Positions 17,604 through 24,042 of a stretch of 24,042 nucleotides of DNA are shown one piece after another. The stretch's first letter is position 1. Each line of letters opens with the position of its first letter. The DNA comes from Candidatus Odinarchaeia archaeon (lineage in GTDB: Archaea; Asgardarchaeota; Odinarchaeia; Odinarchaeales; Odinarchaeaceae). The stretch is from positions 1-24,042 of the forward strand of contig JAHQXC010000012.1 of the NCBI GenBank assembly GCA_029856525.1, in the 5' to 3' direction. A program made the position numbers and the translations under genes. The notes under the pieces were generated by a model. It was not told the DNA's origin. It saw nothing but the letters and a program-made list of their open reading frames with translations, and did not search any database.

Positions 17604-18728
17604 CTAAAATATTAGTAAAGGAGTTAAAGATAACACTAATAAAAATATCGAGATAACCCATAGAATTATCCTACTCTTTGAAAGAGCTGACACCTCGTCT
17701 AATGGACCCTGATTTCTTAAACCGCTGATAAGAAAAACCAGTAAAGCCATCAACCAGTAGCCTAAAACTATAAGCAGAATCAACATTATATATGAAGTGT
17801 ATCGGCTAAGCTTCTCCCCTAAAACAGCTCTAGCAGAATGCCCGCCGTCAAGTTGACCGATAGGGAGAAGGTTGAGAGCTGTTATTAAAAGTCCAAGCCA
17901 GCCTGCGTAAGCTACAGGATGCATGAAAACCACTCCCCCGGAGACCGGGAGAATCAACCCCTGAATTATTAGAAAGAGAAGAGAAACCGGTATAGAGGAA
18001 ACCCCAGGGTATTTCTCGAGAAGATATTCAGCGTACACTGGAGAGATAGTCTTCGACATCAAAACCCCTAAGATTATAACTGTGAAGGAGAGTAGAAAAC
18101 TGGTAAGAGGACCGCTCAAACCTAGATCGAAGAGAGCGTCACGGTTAACAGGAGGCGTTCTCTGAAGAATCACAGCTCCGAAAGTAGGCAACCCTATTAT
18201 CGGAATACCGGGTATAAAATAAGGCGGACTGGTTTCGCATCCAGCCTTCTTCAAAAATAAAATATGCCCGAGCTCATGTAATCCTATAATACTCATCAAA
18301 CTCAACGTAAACTCGAAGCTTACAAGGATAGTATTAGCTTCAGGGTAAACTTCTAGAAAAGGACCGGTAGAACACATATAAAAACCGGTTGAAGCGGTTG
18401 TGATTAAAGTTAATAGAAATAAAAAGATATTAATCGAAATAGACCTGGGTTTAACAGGTTTTAAAGATGAAAGCTTTAAGAAAACCTCACTTCGATTACG
18501 TGAATCCAGTCCTTCAATCGAGAGTTTAGGAATCAAACCATAGTCTTTCAGAAACATATAAAGTTTTTTAAAAGAGTCTTTAACATTCGAGTCTAATCCA
18601 ATAATATAAATCGGATAGAAGGCGGCCGGCTCTTTGAAAACAGCCTTCACATTAAATAACAATCTAATCTTCTCGTCAACAATTTTAAAAACATCGCCGG
18701 TGGTTAAACCGCTCATATTATAATTCAT
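17604..18728 (-). CDS. Site-2 protease family (M50) intramembrane zinc metalloprotease with N-terminal soluble domain
   Basis: LHELGH (HExxH), PYFIP, FGAVI, SGPL, AYAGWLGLLITALNLLPIGQLDGGH (LDG Zn ligand), multiple TM segments. Confidence 0.93.
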   Translation of the reverse strand: MNYNMSGLTTGDVFKIVDEKIRLLFNVKAVFKEPAAFYPIYIIGLDSNVKDSFKKLYMFLKDYGLIPKLSIEGLDSRNRSEVFLKLSSLKPVKPRSISINIFLFLLTLITTASTGFYMCSTGPFLEVYPEANTILVSFEFTLSLMSIIGLHELGHILFLKKAGCETSPPYFIPGIPIIGLPTFGAVILQRTPPVNRDALFDLGLSGPLTSFLLSFTVIILGVLMSKTISPVYAEYLLEKYPGVSSIPVSLLFLIIQGLILPVSGGVVFMHPVAYAGWLGLLITALNLLPIGQLDGGHSARAVLGEKLSRYTSYIMLILLIVLGYWLMALLVFLISGLRNQGPLDEVSALSKSRIILWVISIFLLVLSLTPLLIF

Positions 18729-18853
18729 CTCTGAAACCGGTTAAGAATATAATAGCTGAAAAAAGTATATATGCTTTCATAATCCCGAAAGTTCAACAAA
18801 AAATATAAATTATAGATTAAATCCTAAATTTAAAAACCAGTTGTCTAGGTGGG

Positions 18854-19594
18854 ATCGCCACGGAGATTTTCAAAGGGTGGAGGATAAGATTCGCTGAAGA
18901 AAAGGATATACCCGCAGTCATGGAGTTAAATAGAACATGTCTACCTGAAAATTATCCTGAAATATTCTTCAGAGAAATACTAGCAGCCTACCCCAGATTC
19001 TTCATAGTAGCTGAAAAAGATTCGGAGACAGTTCTATCCCAGGATCCTGAAGCATATAGCATAGTTAAATTAATGAGAGAGAAAGAGTTGAAGACGTTAA
19101 CCGTTGAGAGATTAATGAATTTGAAAAACATAACATATGATGAATCGAAGCGGCTTCTAGAAAAGGTTTTAAACTACTCGGAGAAGCTTCCCCCTCCGTT
19201 CAAATTCTTTCGAAAAAACTTCGAAAACGGTTTAAGCAAGTATGAATTAATCTCTGATCCTAAAATCATCGGGTATATAATGTGTAGAATTGAAAGCGGT
19301 ATCTCCAGCTTCGGGTTTAAATGGGTTAAAAAAGGGCATATAGTCTCAATCGCAGTCGATTATCCTTATAGAAAACAAGGAGTCGGCGGGGAAATCCTAT
19401 CCAGAGCTTTAAAAGAAATGGAGAAAGCGAATACAGCGGAGCAGGTTCTCGAAGTTAGAACCAGCAACTACGAGGCGATTAGAATATATGAGAAATTAGG
19501 GTTTAAAACAGTTAAAACTATTAAAGGATACTACCACGACGGCGCGGATGCTTATCTTATGGTTAGAGCTTCTAGTGGAAAAAATGAGAATTAA
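18854..19594 (+). CDS. ard1: Ard1/Naa10-type N-terminal acetyltransferase (GNAT) with an ~80-aa insertion; true start uncertain
   Basis: RIRFAEEKDIPAVMELNRTCLPENY, IIGYIMCRIE, KGHIVSIAV..YRKQGVG, LEVRTSNYEAIRIYEKLGF, YYHDGADAYLM. The conserved N-terminus lies upstream of the first ATG (18920). The listed start ATC 18854 is one of several non-canonical candidates. Confidence 0.88.
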   Translation: MATEIFKGWRIRFAEEKDIPAVMELNRTCLPENYPEIFFREILAAYPRFFIVAEKDSETVLSQDPEAYSIVKLMREKELKTLTVERLMNLKNITYDESKRLLEKVLNYSEKLPPPFKFFRKNFENGLSKYELISDPKIIGYIMCRIESGISSFGFKWVKKGHIVSIAVDYPYRKQGVGGEILSRALKEMEKANTAEQVLEVRTSNYEAIRIYEKLGFKTVKTIKGYYHDGADAYLMVRASSGKNEN

Positions 19595-19597
19595 GAT

Positions 19598-21139
19598 TCA
19601 TACAATATTTGAAGGCTGTTCAGGCGCTTGGTCACGTCTACTCTTCAAGATTTCTCTAACCTTTCTATCAGATTTATTAATCGCGTAATTTACGAAGCGG
19701 CGGATAAACCAGCCGGCTAAAGGATTCATACCAGCAGTGTGATCGACAGCCAACTCCTTCAACCAGATTTTCAAGTGATCCCAGCACGATAAGAAAACAT
19801 CCCAGTGAGCTTTAATCATTCGATCAGTTCCGAAGAAAGGCTGGTCAGCTAACTCAGCTATTGGAACACAGAATAACGGGACGATTAAACTCTTATATTT
19901 TTTAAGTCTATCTAAAAGCTCTAAGGTATCCATCACATCGTCAACAGTTTCATCAGGGAACCCGATGATTAAAGTAGCCGCTGGAACCCACTTATAATCA
20001 TGACAGTAACCGAAAGCCTGCTCAACGATATCAGGCCACTCCTCCGGTTTGAAAGGCTTAACCTTCCCCTCCATGTATTTTTTAATCAACCTTACGCTAC
20101 CCGTTTCAACACCGGTTTGACATCCCATCCAAGGTTTAAGCTTAGATGAGCCTACACCAACCGCGTGAGCGACATCCTCTAACAGCTTAGGATCCTGACA
20201 GGCGGCTGCTAAAGAGAAGTGGCTGGCTCCTACGCCAAGGCAGCCATCCAGTTTATTAACTGAATCGAAGAGTTCAACCACAGCGTTATGATCCAGCTCT
20301 AACCCTTTAGCCTTATATCTTAAAACATCCTCGCCGTGAAGGGTTATCCATCGCTCACCGCCTTGAATATTAACTTTAGCCTCATCTAAAATATCCTCTA
20401 AAGGCCTAGACCTCAGCTTCCTCATAGTTGGAATACAGAAATCACATCCACGACCGCAACCCCGCGTAATCTCAACTACACCGCCGATAGCGGCGTGTCT
20501 TATCCTAGGTATTCTATCAACTGGGACAAGCACCTCTTCAACTATTTCAGGAACATCACCTCCATCCAAGATCTGCCTAAATACTTGAGGGGCTGTTAAA
20601 TCAGCTTCACCTATCAGCACCGTGCTAATTCCAAGGCTTCGACGAACCTCAGGGCTTCTCTTAAGCTGCCAGGCGCCTGAACCCCCGACCACGATTTTAA
20701 CATGAGGGGCGTGCGATCTAATATTCTCAACTAACTCTCTAAACTTCCAGGCTAAATAAGAGTCAACTTTCACAAGACCCCCGGGCCCGGCGAAAGTGTT
20801 AGTCGCAGGCCCTTGACCTAAAGGATCCATCGCAGAGATACCGACAATCCTAGTCTCAGAGCCTATGTAATCCATCACATCATCAGGGTTAACTGTGATA
20901 ACCTCTTCTTCAGTGAAGCCGTCTGCAAGTAAAGCCGCCTCAATCTTCCTCAACCCATATGGAGCGGCTTTCACCCTACCGTTCACAGTCTTCATCTTAG
21001 GAGCGATGAAAGTGAAGAATAGGCGAGGATTAATCATGGTTTTAGGCCCGCATGTAGTAAAACCGATGAATAAAGAACCCCTATAATCGCTCATAAGCGT
21101 TCGATCCGATGTTAAAACAATCTTATAACCGTTCTCCAT
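19598..21139 (-). CDS. Radical SAM protein with B12-binding-like N-terminal domain, archaeal family of unknown function
   Basis: EITRGCGRGCDFC (CxxxCxxC), APYGLRKIEAAL, GISAMDPLG, VVGGSG, GVETGS, TLIIGFPDET. Confidence 0.88.
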   Translation of the reverse strand: MENGYKIVLTSDRTLMSDYRGSLFIGFTTCGPKTMINPRLFFTFIAPKMKTVNGRVKAAPYGLRKIEAALLADGFTEEEVITVNPDDVMDYIGSETRIVGISAMDPLGQGPATNTFAGPGGLVKVDSYLAWKFRELVENIRSHAPHVKIVVGGSGAWQLKRSPEVRRSLGISTVLIGEADLTAPQVFRQILDGGDVPEIVEEVLVPVDRIPRIRHAAIGGVVEITRGCGRGCDFCIPTMRKLRSRPLEDILDEAKVNIQGGERWITLHGEDVLRYKAKGLELDHNAVVELFDSVNKLDGCLGVGASHFSLAAACQDPKLLEDVAHAVGVGSSKLKPWMGCQTGVETGSVRLIKKYMEGKVKPFKPEEWPDIVEQAFGYCHDYKWVPAATLIIGFPDETVDDVMDTLELLDRLKKYKSLIVPLFCVPIAELADQPFFGTDRMIKAHWDVFLSCWDHLKIWLKELAVDHTAGMNPLAGWFIRRFVNYAINKSDRKVREILKSRRDQAPEQPSNIV

Positions 21140-21298
21140 ATTTCAACCGCCTTAAAATAATAGCAGCTGAATAATATTCTTAAAACATATTTAAATAGAG
21201 TATAAAAGATGAAAGTAGTATTTAAAATTTTTAGTAGAAGACCAGGCTGCAAAATGCTAAAAATTAGCTAACATTATAGAAATGTCACGGTGTAGTGA

Positions 21299-22696
21299 AT
21301 GAATTCGAATACTATAATCGATTTCATCGAGAAAATCTTAGCTGAAGCCGTTAAAAACAGTTTATACGCGGATATACTCTTCGAGCGGGTGAAGAGCACA
21401 AGTATTTTAAAAGATAAAATAGAGGAGAAAATCTACAACCCTTATATGAGTTCAGGTTTAGTTGTTAGAATTCTAAGCGGTGACGGAGTCTGGCTGGAAA
21501 CAGGGTCATCTGATTTAACCGGTAAACGTAAACTTCTAAACTCTATTAGAAAGCTTACCAGGAGATGTAAACCAGCAGAGAAGGAATTAAAACTATACCC
21601 TGTGAAGCCTTGGAGTGTAAACAGAGAAATAAAACCTTCAATAAATTTCGAAGACATCCCGTTAGAGGAGAAGTATGAAACAGTTAAAAACACGTTTACA
21701 ACAGCTTCTAAAATAGATAATAGAATCATTAACACGCGTATAGTATACTCGGAGTCTTTAACCGAGAAAATATTCGTTAACAGTGAAGGATCCAATCTAA
21801 GACAGATAATTCCTAGAACCAGATTCAGCTTAATATGTGTTGCGAGAGAAGCTGGCAGAGTAGACTACGACTATCTCTCTTTAGGCCATGTAGGCGGCTA
21901 CGAGCTTATTAAAAAAATTAGAGAAGAAGATATAAAAGCTGTTGGAGAAAGCGCTGTAGAACTTTTAAACGCTACAGAAGCCCCGGCAGGCCGGCTGCCC
22001 GTGATTTTAAGCCCGAGTATGACCGGTACATTCGCGCATGAATCATTCGGTCACGGATGTGAAGCAGACCAGGTTTTACGTAAAAGATCTTATTTAATCA
22101 AATATTTAGGTGAGAGAATAGGAGGCGAAGACTTCACATTATACGATGACGGAGCCTATCCTGGTGGATACGGATCAATGTTATTCGACGATGAAGGGGT
22201 GAAAGCCTCTAAAACAGCGATCGTTGAAAAAGGTGTTTTAAAAACATTCCTACATGATCGCGTAACAGCCGCTGTTATGAAAGCTGAACCCACTGGAAAT
22301 TGTAGAAGAGAAAGTTTTATGCGTAAAAACTTTATTCGAATGACTAACACTTACATCGCGCCAGGGGACTGGAAGCTAGACGAGATGATCTCAGATATTA
22401 AACTAGGCGTGTTAATGATTAGATTCGAATCTGGAATGGAGGATCCGGCTGGTGGTGGAATGCAGTTGAAAGCTAAAAAAGGATACCTGATAGAGTCAGG
22501 GAAAGTCACCAAAGCTTTATCAAGCCTTGCTCTAACCGGTGGAGTACTGGAATTTGTAAAAGATATCGACGCTATAAGCAGTATAAGAGACTTTGAACTT
22601 GATAGTGGAACATGCGGGAAAGGGCATGAAGATTACGTTCCAGTTGGAAGCGGAGGCTGCTATATAAGATCTAAAGGAATCGTAAGCCAAGGCTGA
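21299..22696 (+). CDS. tldD: TldD family metalloprotease subunit
   Basis: FAHESFGHGCEAD (HExxxH), FDDEGV, PTGNCRR, RMTNTYIAPG, C-terminal CGKG..VPVGSGG. Confidence 0.95.
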   Translation: MNSNTIIDFIEKILAEAVKNSLYADILFERVKSTSILKDKIEEKIYNPYMSSGLVVRILSGDGVWLETGSSDLTGKRKLLNSIRKLTRRCKPAEKELKLYPVKPWSVNREIKPSINFEDIPLEEKYETVKNTFTTASKIDNRIINTRIVYSESLTEKIFVNSEGSNLRQIIPRTRFSLICVAREAGRVDYDYLSLGHVGGYELIKKIREEDIKAVGESAVELLNATEAPAGRLPVILSPSMTGTFAHESFGHGCEADQVLRKRSYLIKYLGERIGGEDFTLYDDGAYPGGYGSMLFDDEGVKASKTAIVEKGVLKTFLHDRVTAAVMKAEPTGNCRRESFMRKNFIRMTNTYIAPGDWKLDEMISDIKLGVLMIRFESGMEDPAGGGMQLKAKKGYLIESGKVTKALSSLALTGGVLEFVKDIDAISSIRDFELDSGTCGKGHEDYVPVGSGGCYIRSKGIVSQG

Positions 22697-22700
22697 TTAT

Positions 22701-24042
22701 ATGGAGATTTCAAAGATAATAAGTGTACTAGAAGAAAACCAGGTTAAAGACTGGGAGATTTACATTCAAAAAACAGTGGAGGATGAAGTGCATTTAATAG
22801 GAGACCGTGTGGAAGCTTTAAGAGACTCTTTAGAAAACATCGGTTATAGTATAAGAGTTTTAAAAAAGACAGGCAGCGGTGTTAGAGTAGGGTCGGCTTC
22901 CGGTTTCTCACAGACAGAGGCAGACTTCAAAGAAACAGTTAAAACAGCGTTAAAAAACGCTTCGATAACCAGTCTACCATGCTACACCTTCCCTGAACCT
23001 CAAAAATATTCTAAAACAAGAATAATAGACGCTGAGATAATGAAAGACTCTTTAAACAATCTATTAGATAAAGCTGAACATCTTAAAACCTCTCTATCAG
23101 AATACAGTAAAGTTGAGCTCACATTCTGCAAGCTTAGATCATATAAAGTCTACACAGAAATCTACAACTCGAATAATTTACATGCCCGAAAAAAAGAAAC
23201 ATTCTTCTACCTAGAGCTTGCATTGAAAGCTGAAGCTGAAGGTAGAATAGCCGAGTACTGGCCTGATAAATACTATAGAAGAATAAGAGACTTTAAAGTC
23301 GATGAATCCGTGGAAGACTGGGTTAAGTTAACCTTAGACTCTCTTCAAGCTAAAAAACCGCCTACAGGTGTAATGGATGTCATATTCCCACCGGATATAG
23401 TAGCCGAGCTTCTACCACCTGTGATAGGATACCATGCTTCAGGTGAAGCGTTATATAAGAAACTCTCATTATTTAAACGAAACCAGCTTATAGCCGACGA
23501 GAAGATCACAATCATAGATAACGGTTTATACCCGTACGCGCTTAACACAAGCCCCTTCGACGATGAAGGCAACGCTAAGCGTAAAACAATTATAATAGAT
23601 AAAGGGGTCTTCGAAAACCATATCTTCGACCAGCTATACGGTTTACTAACAGGGGGTAGATCAACAGGTAACGGTGTTAAAACTGGAGCGGTAATAGAGC
23701 AAAAATATAACAGTCAAATATATAATACAGTAAACAATCTTGAAATTAAACCAGGAGACTGGGAGATTGATGAAATAATATCCAATGTTAAAAAAGGGAT
23801 TCTAATAAGAAAATTCGCTTGGCTTAACCCTGATCCTATAACCACATCATTCGGATCGGAGATTAGAAACGGATATCTAATAGTTAACGGTGAAATAAAC
23901 GGTACGGTTAAAGGAGGGCAAATCTCTGGGAGAATAATAGAAGCTGACCCGTCTAAAGAGAATACCAGCCTCCTTAAAAACATCTTCGCGCTCTCGAAAA
24001 AACAGGTGGTTGAAGGAGACACTATAACACCTATAATAGCAG
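22701..24042 (+). CDS. pmbA: TldE/PmbA family subunit (runs off the right edge)
   Basis: Manual translation gives 447 codons open from ATG 22701: MEISKIISVLEENQVKDWEIY...PFDDEGNAKRKTIIIDKGVFENHIFD...STGNG...NNLEIKPGD...NGEING. No HExxxH was seen, and the gene directly follows tldD. Confidence 0.92.
   Translation, partial: MEISKIISVLEENQVKDWEIYIQKTVEDEVHLIGDRVEALRDSLENIGYSIRVLKKTGSGVRVGSASGFSQTEADFKETVKTALKNASITSLPCYTFPEPQKYSKTRIIDAEIMKDSLNNLLDKAEHLKTSLSEYSKVELTFCKLRSYKVYTEIYNSNNLHARKKETFFYLELALKAEAEGRIAEYWPDKYYRRIRDFKVDESVEDWVKLTLDSLQAKKPPTGVMDVIFPPDIVAELLPPVIGYHASGEALYKKLSLFKRNQLIADEKITIIDNGLYPYALNTSPFDDEGNAKRKTIIIDKGVFENHIFDQLYGLLTGGRSTGNGVKTGAVIEQKYNSQIYNTVNNLEIKPGDWEIDEIISNVKKGILIRKFAWLNPDPITTSFGSEIRNGYLIVNGEINGTVKGGQISGRIIEADPSKENTSLLKNIFALSKKQVVEGDTITPIIA

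Noticed and set aside
19019-19261. Ard1 insertion as a mini-intein
   Set aside because: No N-terminal Cys/Ser splice junction, no C-terminal His-Asn, and no intein block motifs.
21209-21271. 20-aa ORF MKVVFKIFSRRPGCKMLKIS between the radical SAM gene and tldD, considered as a RiPP precursor
   Set aside because: No SD, it lies in AT-rich divergent promoter DNA, and it has no leader or core features. An ORF of this length is expected by chance.
261-23572. Antisense or nested ORFs in the track (261-464, 1122-1472, 2192-2410, 3101-3283, 3782-4012, 4407-4607, 12134-12358, 12464-12676, 13868-14185, 14967-15191, 20895-21086, 21442-21795, 22156-22350, 23345-23572)
   Set aside because: Each lies opposite or within a well-supported conserved gene, has no recognisable motif, and looks like a shadow ORF.
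23714-24022. 102-aa minus-strand ORF
   Set aside because: It is antisense to the continuous pmbA reading frame, which the track omits only because it has no stop in the window.

Overview
Archaeal chromosomal window of about 40% GC with 26 CDS and no tRNA, rRNA, CRISPR or mobile element detected. Ribosomal protein S25e points to the TACK/Asgard group. A longin-like gene and a proline-rich coiled-coil gene suggest an Asgard archaeon, possibly Odinarchaeia-like (inference). Left to right: (1) a tightly coupled minus-strand de novo purine operon, purC-purS-purQ-purL-purF-purD-[AF1437/COG4030-like HAD]-[PfkB kinase]-purE-purB, with purB cut by the window edge; (2) rps25e; (3) a Pro-rich coiled-coil orphan and a 96-aa orphan; (4) phosphate uptake genes pstC-pstA-pstB-phoU, divergent from pstS; (5) a longin-like gene, Sec11 signal peptidase, pyrE, an M50 site-2 protease, an Ard1/Naa10-type N-acetyltransferase, a radical SAM enzyme, and tldD plus pmbA (cut by the edge). 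The most notable observations are: a 21-bp near-palindrome shared at 19/21 positions by the promoters of the two eukaryote-like genes 5.7 kb apart; an Ard1 carrying an ~80-aa winged-helix-like insertion and lacking a canonical start codon for its conserved N-terminus; the Pro-rich protein's VASP/WH2/MIM-like C-terminal helix; and a kinase/phosphatase pair embedded in the purine operon. All family assignments come from motif recognition by eye; no database searches were run.
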